From an uncultured delta proteobacterium (lineage in GTDB: Bacteria > Desulfobacterota > Desulfobacteria > Desulfobacterales > Desulfatirhabdiaceae), in NCBI GenBank assembly GCA_963789395.1, contig CAWBKP010000013.1, positions 1 to 64,000 on the forward strand: a stretch of 64,000 nucleotides of DNA. The letters run 5' to 3'. How positions within the stretch are numbered: the first letter of the stretch is position 1; the number at the start of each line of letters is the position of its first letter. Both the position numbers and the translations under genes were made by a program. The notes beneath the pieces are model-generated. The model worked only from the letters and a program-made list of their open reading frames with translations, had not been told where the DNA came from and ran no database searches. Shown in pieces: positions 44,993 through 55,487 of this stretch.

Positions 44993-47287
44993 AAATCACT
45001 TCTCTTAAACTCAGGGGCTTTATCGGAATCAAAAAAGGTTTGGGGCTGGATGAAATCAGTCTGGATTTTTCAAAGCTGTCCGGCCTCGTAGCTCTTGCCG
45101 GCCCGAACGGTCATGGGAAGACAACTATCCTTGATAACCTTTCTCCTTACCGCGTACTTGCCAGCCGGAACAAGAGCTTGCAGCACCACGTTTTTCTCAG
45201 GGATTCCATTAAGGAGCTTTGCTTTGAGTTTGCCGGTGACACCTACCGGACCCTGATAAAGATCGACGCCGAGAGCGACCGGACCGAGGGCTTTATCTGG
45301 AAAAATGACGTCCCCCAGGTGGACGGCAAAGTATCGGAATATGACAGATACATCACAGCCCTTTTTGGCAGCCAGCAGCTTTTCTTTTCCTCTGTTTTCT
45401 GCGCCCAAAACGCCGAAAAGATATCCGATATGACCACCGGCGAGTTGAAAAAGCTGTTCTCCGAATTCCTTCGCCTGGACCGGCTGGTCGAATTTGAGAA
45501 CACCGCAAAACAGTGTGTTGGCCTGCTTACCGCAAAGGCCGATGGGTTACACCGGGACATCCTTGCAGCTCAGGAATCATTAAAGGGAAAAGAAGACATC
45601 GAGAACACGATAGGCAAATGGGAAGTCTATTTAGACGGCACCCGCGCGCTGGTCAAGACGATGCAAGCAGAACTCAAAGACTCCGAGCGCGATCTTGAAA
45701 CCGCACGGGCAGCGGCGGCAAACAACACCATTATCCGGCAACGGATAGAGGATATGGAGGCTAATTTTGTCAGGCTTGAAAAAGAAATTGCCGCTGATTC
45801 AGTCTCGGCAGAAAACGCGCTTTCCGGACTGCGCGCAAAGACACGCAGTATCCTGAATGAGATCGAGGCTGCCGATAAGCTGCTTGCAATGAAAGCGATG
45901 GTAGAGGATGCCGCATACAAAATGGCAGGCATCGAATCCGCGATGGCGCTGAATGCCGAAAAGCTATCTGAGAGTCACAAGGCTGTCAACCCCCCTGATT
46001 GACCAATCCACAAAGGTATCTTTAGAGCTGGCCGAGGCCAAAAGCCAGCTTTCCGAAATCATCAGCGACCCGGCAATCAGGATCCTGGAAGCAAAAATCA
46101 AGGGACTCAAGGAAAGAACGGCAGACCTTGAAAAGAAAGACCCATCCTGTACCAGCACCACATGCGCTTTTATCGTCGGCGCGCTCAAGGCAACAGAAGA
46201 AATCAAGACCACAGAACCAAAGCTGGTAGCGCTCAGAGCTGAAACCGTCCAAAAGATAACAGCCGCGCAAGCTGTTGTAGATCAAAAAGTCAAGGAGTTG
46301 GCAGAGATCAACGCCCAATTGGGAAAAGCTGGCACAACCCGCAAAGCGCTTGAAGCCGAGGGGTTCAGGCTTAAATCTGAGCTGGAAAAAGTGAAAGAAA
46401 TAGCAGCGGACCGGGAAAGAATCGCTATCGCGGAATCCCGGCGCAACGACCTGATTGCAAGGAAAAACGAGATCATCACAGAGGGCAAACGGATCAGGGA
46501 GGAATGGGACGCCCGGATTGACGAGAAACGGACCGCTCAGGGTGAACTGAATGTACAGATCATGGAAACGCGGGCGGCGCTGGACCTTCTGGCTGATAAC
46601 AAAGTCGCAGACATCCAGGCGATCATCAACATGCACCGGGCGCACATAGATGAGGCAGTAGCAGATATCTCAAAGAAAGAAACGCAGCTTGCAGCACTTG
46701 AAAGAGAAGCCGCAATCAAGGCTGAAACGGTATCCAGACTTGCGGGCCTATCCGCTGACCGTGAGCGGGCAGTCAATGAAGCTGCCGATTGGCTGTACCT
46801 GAAAAACGCATGTTCGAAAGACGGACTCCGGGCTCTTGAAATCGACTCTGTTGCACCGATCATTTCCGGGTATGCCAATGATCTTCTGACCCAAACTTTC
46901 GGACCGCAGTACACGGTTAAACTGAGGACTCAGGATGAAGAAACCGGGAAAGAAGTTCTGGATGTCCTCACGATCCGTGATGACGGGTCCGAGGTTCTAA
47001 TTGACAATCTTTCAGGCGGCGAGCGGGTGTGGAGTTTAAAGGCCATGCGCCTTGCCATGACGCTGATCTCCAAGGAAAAGAGCGGAAAAGCCTTCACGTC
47101 TTTCCTGGCCGATGAGGAAGATGGCGGCCTGGATTCCGAGAACGCTCAGAGTTTTATCGGAATGTATCGCTCGTTCATGAAATCAGGCGGGTTCGATACC
47201 GGTTTTTTCATCAGCCATAAGCCCGAATGCGTGTCCATGGCCGATCATGTTTTGAAGTTTGGGAATGACGGAATCGTGATTGAGTAA
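44989..47287 (+). CDS. SbcC/Rad50-like SMC ATPase (one frameshift near 45990)
   Basis: GPNGHGKTT, coiled coil with central CTSTTC, LSGGE signature and LADEEDGGLD..ISH. Confidence 0.88.
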
Positions 47288-47320
47288 TTTTTAACAGATC
47301 ATAGCGAGAGGATTCTAAGA

Positions 47321-48094
47321 ATGGAAACAGTTTTGACCACAGTTACCCCTGAAATGGCTAAAAAATTTCTAAGCAAAAATTACAAGCACAACAGGAAGTT
47401 AAGCCCCAGTCACGTCCAGTTTTTTGTCGATGAGATACTCGGTGATAATTTTGCCACGACTCATCAAGGTATTGCAATCGGCGTCAACGGTGCGCTTTTG
47501 GACGGGCAACATCGGCTCAATGCAATCGTGGAAACCGGGATTCCACAGATAATGAATGTAACGCGCGATGTCCCTTTGAGCGCCTATCAATATTTTGATG
47601 GCGGTAAAAAACGAACTGTCGCGGAACGGCATGAAATTGATAAGCGCGTCGCACAACCCATAACAGCCCTTGCCAAATTGACACAAGGGTATGGGTACAT
47701 CACAACAGAGTCGATACAGATGGCAAAAGACATGATTCTGGATGACATCGTTGAACTGATTGGTTTTGCTCCAAGGTCAAGGAAGTTTTTCGCAAGCGCG
47801 ACAATGAAGGTTGCCGCCGTAGCGTGCATGAAGACGTACAACCGGACTTATGCGAAAGAGTTATACAAGAAAATGGTGATGAGCGATTTAACCGATCTGC
47901 CGCCAGTCGGTAGCGCCTTTGTGAGACAGGCGTTGGTCGGCAAACTGGGGAATAAAGGTTCATCAGCCAGAGATTTGTTGTGCCGAGGGATCATCTTGTT
48001 TAACCCCCAACACGCCAACGTGACAAGGATCAGTGTCGATAGAGACAGCCTGTCAGAAATCAGGAAAAAAGTCATAGAAATGTGTTCAAAATAA
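47321..48094 (+). CDS. ParB/Srx-like (DGQHR motif) protein
   Basis: VTPEMAKKFL..NRKL..LLDGQHRLNAIV. Confidence 0.7.
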   Translation: METVLTTVTPEMAKKFLSKNYKHNRKLSPSHVQFFVDEILGDNFATTHQGIAIGVNGALLDGQHRLNAIVETGIPQIMNVTRDVPLSAYQYFDGGKKRTVAERHEIDKRVAQPITALAKLTQGYGYITTESIQMAKDMILDDIVELIGFAPRSRKFFASATMKVAAVACMKTYNRTYAKELYKKMVMSDLTDLPPVGSAFVRQALVGKLGNKGSSARDLLCRGIILFNPQHANVTRISVDRDSLSEIRKKVIEMCSK

Positions 48095-48107
48095 GCGGGG
48101 CATAAAC

Positions 48108-48371
48108 ATGACACGATATTCATGGAAAGATGTTCCAACGGTCGTAACCCTGTCCGACTACCTCAAGGAAAACAAGCAGCACGGCGTTTCGGTCGTGCTG
48201 ATGGACAAATCCCCCGCGATCCATTGCGATCCGGGGGTCACTCCGGCAGACAAGGACCGGTGGGCGGTCCTTGAAAAAGCCCTGGCACTTTTCCGGACCG
48301 CTGAGCCTGACATGCAGCACCTTCTCAACAACAGAATGATTAAGCTGCCCGGACATCCCGGGTGGAGATAG
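48108..48371 (+). CDS. Hypothetical protein
   Basis: 87-aa ORF in the early operon. Confidence 0.45.
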   Translation: MTRYSWKDVPTVVTLSDYLKENKQHGVSVVLMDKSPAIHCDPGVTPADKDRWAVLEKALALFRTAEPDMQHLLNNRMIKLPGHPGWR

Positions 48372-48378
48372 TCAAAGA

Positions 48379-48783
48379 ATGCCAAGCCCCATATTCTCAG
48401 GCCGGGTAGAAAAAGGAAAGTTGATCCTTGATAATCCTCACCGGTATTTTGTCCGGCTCTCAGCCCTAAACGGAAAAAAGATCGAGCTGGCGATCAGACA
48501 GCAAAGACGCCAACGGAGCCTCAATCAAAATGCGGCATACTGGGGGGTCATGGTCGAGATACTGTGCAATCACACCGGCTACGACAAAGAGACCATGCAC
48601 GAAGCGCTCAAGGCAAAATTCGCCAGCCGGACGGATCCAGACACGGGCCTGCTTGTCATCGAAAGCACGGCAAAGATGGATACCAAAAGATTCAACCAAT
48701 ATTATGACGACATCCAGCGGTGGGCGGCTGAGTTTCTGGACTGCTACATCCCGTCACCGAATGAATGCGAGCTGATTGGGTAG
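48379..48783 (+). CDS. NinB/YbcN-like protein
   Basis: RSLNQNAAYWG..HEALK..STAKMDTKRFNQY..IPSP. Confidence 0.75.
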   Translation: MPSPIFSGRVEKGKLILDNPHRYFVRLSALNGKKIELAIRQQRRQRSLNQNAAYWGVMVEILCNHTGYDKETMHEALKAKFASRTDPDTGLLVIESTAKMDTKRFNQYYDDIQRWAAEFLDCYIPSPNECELIG

Positions 48784-48814
48784 AATACTGAGTATTTTGA
48801 CAGGAGATGATTTC

Positions 48815-49600
48815 ATGAAACAAATTATTAAAAAGCAAAATGAATCGCTGGTTGTAGTAGCCGGGAGTTTCGTATTTTGCGATAGCAGAATGGTAGCGGA
48901 AAAGTTTGGGGTAGAACACAATAAGGTTATGTAAGTGACCATCGAGTAATTTTATAGACCGCCTGGGGAAATTTAAGGGAGACTTTGAAAGACTACCTTA
49001 AATTTAAAATTCCCACCTGTTTTTATCGAAAGAATCGAAGAATATCGTGGTCAGATTTTTAATGGATATGAAATGAACAAAACAGCATTTGAACATATCG
49101 CATCAAAATTCAAAACAGATTCGAGCTCTGGAATGGCAATTGAAGTTTATTGATGCCTTCGCTCAGATGGAATCCGCTATACAACAGGTAGCAACCCAAA
49201 AAGCCAACGCCGAATGGCTGGAACGCCGTGCTTCCGGGAAACTGATTAGGCGCGAAGAAACTGATACGGTTAAAGTGTTTGTCGATTACGCCAAGAATCA
49301 GGGAAGCACCAAAGCAGAAACGTATTATATGAATATCAGTAAAATGCAGAATAAGGCGCTGTTCCTTATTGACCAGCGGTTCCATAATATCCGTGACCTT
49401 CTCGATTTGCATCAGTTAAGCACCATAGAGGCTGCTGACCGGATCGTGGTCAAGGCGATTAAAGATGGTATGGCAAACAGATTTACATTACAAAGAGATT
49501 TATCAGATCGCTAAAAAGAATGTTGAAACATTCGCCACAATCCACGGAAAATCTCAGGTGACATAGCGGTAGGATATCCAATTCGGGTGAAAAACAACTC
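48815..49600 (+). pseudogene. Rha-family regulatory protein (disrupted)
   Basis: DSRMVAEKFGVEHNKV, ALEWQLKFIDAFAQME and GKLIRREETD. Confidence 0.7.
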
Positions 49601-49623
49601 AGCATAACAACAAGGTAGGCCAT

Positions 49624-51300
49624 ATGTTAAGAAAACATCAGAAAGAAATGGATGCCATCATCCAGAAAATTATCGCCGGGGATCCGACAGATACGATCAT
49701 CCTGAAAGCGACTCCCGGCGCCGGCAAGTCCGCAATCCCTCAGATTGCATCAAAGCTGATTGATGCCGGTCTCGCGGATGCACTCTGTTGGGTTTGCCCG
49801 CGAAAATCCTTGCAGGTCCAGGGAGAATTCAACTTCCTTGATCCCTTCTTCCGCAACTTACTGGGGCACACGTCCACGGTCCGGGCAGCGACAAACGACA
49901 TTGACCCGTGCCGAGGCCATGCCGGATTCATCACAACTTATCAGGCGATAGGCGTTGATGAAGACAGCACAGTCCTGAATGATTTCAAGAAAAAACGGTA
50001 CATCCTGATCCTTGATGAATTCCATCATTGCGAAAAAGACGGCACCTGGGCAAAAGCCATTGCCCCGCTGGTAGAGCTGGCCGCGTTCAAAATCTTCATG
50101 ACTGGGACCATCCAAAGAGGCGATGACAGCCAAATTGCCTTTATTGAATATACCGCCAATGGTAGCCGGCTGTATTCCGGCCATGTACGGGACAGACAAA
50201 ACGGCAGTCATTGAATACTCAAGAACGGATGCTTTGCAGGAGCGGGCGATCCTGCCCCTTCAATTTCAGCTCCATGACGGAGTGTCCGAATGGCTGGATG
50301 AAGAAAACCGGGCGCGCCGGGAGTCTCTTGGGAAAGTCATGGAAAAGGATGCAGGGGCCGCGATCTATACCGCGCTATCAACTGAATACGCAAATGAGCT
50401 TCTCGGCATGGCCATGGCGCACTGGACCAAACATCAGTATCGCTTTCCGGGCGCAAAGCTGCTGGTCGTTACTGCAAGTATCGAACATGCAAAGGCCGCC
50501 GCTGAGTTCATGGGCAAGAAGCTATACCACGCTGCAATAGCGACCAGCCACGATTCGGACCACGCGCAAGAGATGATTAAGCTGTTCAAGGGGGACCGGT
50601 TGAACGTCCTTGTGACTATTGCCATGGCCTATGAAGGGCTGGATGTTCCGGCCATATCCCATGTGGCATGTTTGACTCATATCCGGTCAAACCCGTGGAT
50701 AGAGCAGATGTTGGGCCGGGCTGTCCGTGTGGACGGAAGATACCCGTATGAATCCCAAACCGGACACATCTTTGCTCCCGATGACCCTTTTTTCCGGAAA
50801 ATCGTTAAGGCGATTGAAGCCGAACAGCTCCCGATTGCAAAAGCAGCCGGGGAAAAGACAGGCGGCGGCAAACAACTGAGCCTGTTTGGTGGCGAACGGG
50901 AACACGATAACATTTACAGGATCACCCCTGTCGGATCAAAGTTGACAGGACGCCGCGAGCTGCCCCTCGGGGCTCAGGTCAGCTTGTTCAAGACACGGCC
51001 GCCCCTGTGTTCCAGCCGTCACTATCAAAACCCCATCTGAAATCGAATCTGAGTTGAGATCCACTATAGACGCCCATGTCCGCAAGTACTCATTTGAGAA
51101 CCGGTACAAACCCCAAGCGGATCAACTCAGAGATAAAACGTGAATTCAACGGGAAACCCCGTGAAGAAATGAGCGGGGATGAACTGGAAAAGGTCTATGA
51201 ATTTGTCCTGGATACTTACCCGCTGTCAAAAGTCAGAGGGTGCGGGATACCGCGAGTTTCGAACAAAGCAAAGAGCTGGCCATTATATAAGGAGGATTAA
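49624..51300 (+). CDS. SF2 DEAD/DEAH-type (ResIII-like) helicase; frameshifts near 50160 and 51000-51070
   Basis: ATPGAGKS, ILDEFHH, MTGT, AYEGLDVP and QMLGRAVR. Confidence 0.85.
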
Positions 51301-51305
51301 AATCA

Positions 51306-51851
51306 ATGCAAATGCAACGGATTCAGCCGAACAGATTCTTTCAGCCCCACAACTCCATGCCATACCGGAACATGCTTTGCGATCAATACAACACCTGTCT
51401 GTCAAGGGCTGCCATCTATGACAAGCGCGACCTCGGATGTTCGGTATGCCAGAACATGGACATGGCTACAAAAAAAGAGGATGCATTTGATGCGGTCAAG
51501 GAAGTCCGGAAAGAGATCGTCAACCAGCGTGAAGCGGCAATCTATCTCGGTATCAGCCGGGACCGCCTGCGCGAGCTGGAAAAGGCTGGAAACGGACCCG
51601 TTTCCACATTAAATCCATCAGGGAAGCAGGAATATAAGATCAGTGTGTTGAGGGCGTTCTTGCGGTCAGAAATGCCAGACGCCGAGATCGTGACGGCGCC
51701 GGCAGCGGCCACGTTTTTAGGCATCTCAAGCAGGAGTCTGCGGACCCTTCGGGATAACGGGTCCGGGCCGCCGCATATCAGGGCAGGGAAATACTACCAG
51801 TATGTGATTGCCGATATCAGGGCATACAAAGTGACAAAAATCAAACCTTAA
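51306..51851 (+). CDS. Protein with Cys-rich N-terminus and two AlpA/MerR-type HTH repeats
   Basis: EAAIYLGISRDRLRELEKAGNGP and AAATFLGISSRSLRTLRDNGSGP. Confidence 0.7.
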   Translation: MQMQRIQPNRFFQPHNSMPYRNMLCDQYNTCLSRAAIYDKRDLGCSVCQNMDMATKKEDAFDAVKEVRKEIVNQREAAIYLGISRDRLRELEKAGNGPVSTLNPSGKQEYKISVLRAFLRSEMPDAEIVTAPAAATFLGISSRSLRTLRDNGSGPPHIRAGKYYQYVIADIRAYKVTKIKP

Positions 51852-51888
51852 CCGAGAGGTATAGACCAGTAAAAAGGAGAAGAAGAAA

Positions 51889-52637
51889 ATGCCGACAAGT
51901 TTTAAACGAAGACGTTACCATCTTTACTGCCAGGACAAATACACCACATGCGGCATGTGCGGAAAACGGTTTGTTGGCAGCAAGGAAACTGATGTTGAAG
52001 TGACCACCTGTAAAAAATGTCAGACAAAAGTCGTACCCATTGCAACGACTCAGCCACCGGCGGCCCCCCGGCCATCCGTTATTCCGAATTCGGAAGTCCG
52101 GCTAAATTGCAATTATGGGCCGTTCACAGTGCATATTTCACAGCCGAATGGGTTCATGCTGGTCTGCGGTATGGGGGTGTAAAGATGAGACCACTTGTAA
52201 AAACACTGGCAACGATAGGAATAGCGTGTGCGATAGCTGACAGGGCTGTCGGAATGACAGACGATGCAGACGCCAAGAATGAATTCGCCAGATTAAATGA
52301 CGAGAGTATTAACGCGATGCGAGCTTTCCCGGGCCTTTTAAACGAGAAGGAGATCCGGCTTACCGCGCGCAATATCTCAGCGTTTTGCGACAAAATGAAC
52401 TGGGACAACCGACCCCTCCACACGCAGACATTGATGAATTTCAGCTCGGAGCTGCTTGAGAACATCCGTTCCGAGCTTGTAGCACATAACGCGGACAAAC
52501 GCCGCATTGAAGCCATTGATACTTTGATTGAGATCGAGGCTGGAATATATGGCAGGTTCGCACAACGAGAGTATCCCTTGTGCGCGATGGCAGGACAGCG
52601 GGCAAGTGAAGTGTGGGATGCGATATGGAACCAGTAA
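51889..52637 (+). CDS. Two hypothetical proteins (zinc-ribbon 51889-52182; helical 52185-52637)
   Basis: CGMC..CKKC in the first; consecutive ORFs with an RBS before the first. Confidence 0.45.
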
Positions 52638-53263
52638 TAACGCCAGCCCCCCCGGTGCTGCCTGCCGGGGGGATCCAGTTTGATTTTTATTGCGAAGCGT
52701 ATTCATGCTGGATGCTTAAAAGCAGTTGCGAGGCAAGACAGCGGCGGGCCATAACCGGCCATTATGAAAACCGCACAACTTACGCGAGCGCCGGATGTGG
52801 GAGCTGCCGGCAGTTAAAGGGGGAGCATTTGGAAGAAAAAGATGGAAAAGCTGAAAAAAAATGTAAGGGGCCGTGTGGGAGAACTCTCACTCTGGATGAA
52901 TTCGGCAAACACAAAAACATGAAAGACGGCAAGGATTCATGGTGTAAACAATGCCGGTCAAAGGCTTCAAAGGCATGGTATGAAAAGAATAAGAAGAAGC
53001 CGGTAGCCAAAAAGACGGGCGTTGATGAGAAGTTGAAGAAAAAACTCTCCAAGTTGACGCGACCGCCACGCGAGGCAGACGCGCAACCGTTATTACAGCC
53101 TTCGGGCTTTTCACCCATTGGCCCCTTATCTACCCCGGTAACGGTCGATTTCTCAGGTCACAAGGATATCTTTGAAGCCATATCAGATATGGCACGGAAT
53201 GAGTTCAGGCCGCTGGACCTGCAAATACTTTACATGCTTCAAAAACAGGTTAATCAGATATAA
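52625..53263 (+). CDS. Zinc-finger protein
   Basis: CKGPCGRTLTLDEFGKHKNMKDGKDSWCKQC. Confidence 0.55.
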   Translation: MEPVITPAPPVLPAGGIQFDFYCEAYSCWMLKSSCEARQRRAITGHYENRTTYASAGCGSCRQLKGEHLEEKDGKAEKKCKGPCGRTLTLDEFGKHKNMKDGKDSWCKQCRSKASKAWYEKNKKKPVAKKTGVDEKLKKKLSKLTRPPREADAQPLLQPSGFSPIGPLSTPVTVDFSGHKDIFEAISDMARNEFRPLDLQILYMLQKQVNQI

Positions 53264-53276
53264 GGGGGCCGCTGCC

Positions 53277-53522
53277 GTGTTGACAAATGCTGAACTTGAC
53301 GCAATGGCTAATCTGTTGGCCTCAAAGATCATCGACATCATGGAGTCCAAGAAACCCATGATGCGATGGCTTACCGTGAAACAGGCCAAGGAGTATTCGG
53401 GATTGAAATCCGACAACACTATCCGTCGATGGATAAATGAAGGCTATATCCACGCGAATAAGACCACGGGCGAATGGAGAATCGATAGAGAATCCATTGA
53501 TGACTGGTTGAAACAGGATTGA
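53277..53522 (+). CDS. xis: Excisionase-like HTH protein
   Basis: WLTVKQAKEYSG..TIRRWINEG..GEWRIDRESIDDWL immediately upstream of the integrase. Confidence 0.8.
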   Translation: MLTNAELDAMANLLASKIIDIMESKKPMMRWLTVKQAKEYSGLKSDNTIRRWINEGYIHANKTTGEWRIDRESIDDWLKQD

Positions 53523-53529
53523 CATAGAG

Positions 53530-54564
53530 ATGACAATTCGATATTCCAAGAATATGGCAACACTTTGGAAACACCCACAACACGGAACTTATTCTGCTGT
53601 CTGGCAGGATGGCAAGCGGCAGCGCCGGAAGTCTCTCGACACCAAAGACGAGAGGATAGCCAAAAAGAGGTTCCGCGAATTTGAAAGGGATCGCCTTGCA
53701 GGAAAGGTTATCCCGATGCACAATACCTCTACGATCCTTTTCAGCCAGTTCACAGAAGAACTGATAGGCCATATAGAATCAAGGCTGTCAGTCGCAACGG
53801 TAAAGATCACGGCAACATCCCTCAAAAAGATCATCCATTACGTCGGAGATATTAGGCTGGCGTCTCTGACAACCCGTCACCTTGAAAAGATGATGGAGCT
53901 TATGATCGCTGATGGCATTGCGAAGCCGACCATCAACAAATATATGCGGCATATCAAAATGGCCATTAAAAAAGCCATCGAATGGGAATACATTGAAAAG
54001 TTTCGGTTCCCGAAGCCGTTTTCACTCCAGGAGCATATTCGCTATTTAACGACCGAGCAACTGACTAAGCTTTTCTCAGTAATGGACGATCAGGAATTCG
54101 CGGACTTTTGCCTGTTCTGCTGTTACACCGGGCTCAGGTCCGGGGAGATTATCAGATTGCGGTGGGATGATATTGATAACCCGGAGGGTTTTATCAGGAT
54201 CCGATCAGAACAGAAAAATAAAAAAGAAGACCGGGTTCCCGTTCATGCGGCGGCGAGGGCAATCCTCGAAAGACGCAAAAAAGATGTCGGGCCGGTTTTT
54301 CGATTCAAGTCGATCCATGACATCTCGCACAAGTTTAAGGCTTGCGCTGACAAGGCGATGCTTACGGGATGCAGGTTTCACGATTTGAGGCACACATACG
54401 CAAGCCATCTTGCCATGGCTGGTGAGGATTTAAAGAGTATTCAGGAGTTAATGCGCCACCGCTCGATAGCATCCACAATGGTTTACGCGAAAGTCTCACC
54501 TGACCATTTACGGGAAGTCAATTCCCGCCTCAATTACGGGTTCGCGCCGGCAGCAAAAAAATAA
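53530..54564 (+). CDS. int: Tyrosine integrase
   Basis: TGLRSGE, K, FHDLRHTYAS and MRH..STMVYA catalytic motifs. Confidence 0.95.
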   Translation: MTIRYSKNMATLWKHPQHGTYSAVWQDGKRQRRKSLDTKDERIAKKRFREFERDRLAGKVIPMHNTSTILFSQFTEELIGHIESRLSVATVKITATSLKKIIHYVGDIRLASLTTRHLEKMMELMIADGIAKPTINKYMRHIKMAIKKAIEWEYIEKFRFPKPFSLQEHIRYLTTEQLTKLFSVMDDQEFADFCLFCCYTGLRSGEIIRLRWDDIDNPEGFIRIRSEQKNKKEDRVPVHAAARAILERRKKDVGPVFRFKSIHDISHKFKACADKAMLTGCRFHDLRHTYASHLAMAGEDLKSIQELMRHRSIASTMVYAKVSPDHLREVNSRLNYGFAPAAKK

Positions 54565-54626
54565 GATATGCACTACGATTACACTACAGTGGCAAAGAAT
54601 ATTGAATTATTTCAATATGTATTAAA

Positions 54627-54668
54627 GGATTTTAAGTCCCTTGCGTCTACCTGTTCCGCCACCCAGGC
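54627..54668 (-). tRNA. 5' half of tRNA-Leu(UAA), truncated after the anticodon stem (att site)
   Basis: GCCTGGGTGGCGGAACAGGTAGACGCAAGGGACTTAAAATCC; no T-arm or 3' acceptor strand follows. Confidence 0.85.
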
Positions 54669-54711
54669 TGATTGGAATTAAACGGCAGATTGATGAAAAA
54701 ATCACTGGTGT

Positions 54712-54740
54712 TTAATACATGATGAGCAGTGTAAATGCAA
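54712..54740 (-). promoter_or_regulatory. Sigma70-type promoter of the tRNA-Leu gene
   Basis: TTGCAT-N17-TATTAA about 45 nt upstream of the tRNA 5' end. Confidence 0.55.
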
Positions 54741-54965
54741 GGATCAAAATCTGCCCGCCTGGATGCTTGATTGGGATTCATTGACATGCTGAGGCCAGAC
54801 AGTTTCGGATAAATACTTGTGGTTTTTGTGTCAGGCTGATATTAAAATTTGTTATGTGGTTCATTAGGAAGACCGACCGGCAAGGTTAGCGATTGCGTTT
54901 TTTTCTCAGCGCTAACCCATAGCAGAATCAATCCGCTTATACTTATTGTTATACAGGATATTGTC

Positions 54966-55481
54966 ATGAAAGGTTACGTTCAGGTGTACACAGGAGACGG
55001 AAAGGGAAAGACCACGGCAGCACTTGGCCTTTCCCTTCGGGCTGCGGGCGCCGGCCTGAAGGTGTTTATCGCCCAGTTTATCAAAATGGGCGATTACAGT
55101 GAAGTCAGAGCGCTGCAACGTTTCTCGGATTTGATTACCGTTGAGCAGTATGGCCTTGGGCGGTTTATCAAGGAAAAACCTTCAATTGACGATATCGAAG
55201 CTGCCAAAAAAGGACTTGATAGAGTCCATGCCGTTCTGATGGATGCGCAGCACGATGTGGTGATCATGGAAGAGGCCAATGTCGCTGTGATATGCGGGCT
55301 TTTTTCTGCCGATGACATCCTCGGGCTGATCGCCGCCAAGCCGGATTCTGTTGAACTGATCATTACAGGCCGGGGAGCAGATCCCCGGATTATCGAAAAA
55401 GCCGATCTGGTTACCGAGATGCAATGCATCAAGCACAATTACAACCAGGGGGTTGAGGCCAGAGTCGGCATTGAAAAGTGA
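54966..55481 (+). CDS. cobO: Cob(I)alamin adenosyltransferase CobO/BtuR
   Basis: VYTGDGKGKTTAALG, QFIK, IITGR and ADLVTEM..GIEK. Confidence 0.92.
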   Translation: MKGYVQVYTGDGKGKTTAALGLSLRAAGAGLKVFIAQFIKMGDYSEVRALQRFSDLITVEQYGLGRFIKEKPSIDDIEAAKKGLDRVHAVLMDAQHDVVIMEEANVAVICGLFSADDILGLIAAKPDSVELIITGRGADPRIIEKADLVTEMQCIKHNYNQGVEARVGIEK

Positions 55482-55487
55482 TCCGGG

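Larger units (their letters stand above)
1..54630. mobile_element. Integrated P1-like myovirus prophage (left end lies beyond the window)
   Basis: Contiguous head/tail/packaging genes on the minus strand, divergent cro/cI, recombination genes, xis and int, ending at a tRNA fragment; housekeeping genes follow. Confidence 0.93.

Noticed and set aside
43773..51300. SMC, nuclease, DGQHR protein and helicase as a defence system (Wadjet/Lamassu/Dnd-like)
   Set aside because: Motifs fit SbcCD, and the genes sit in a phage early operon with NinB, Rha and xis; no cognate partner genes
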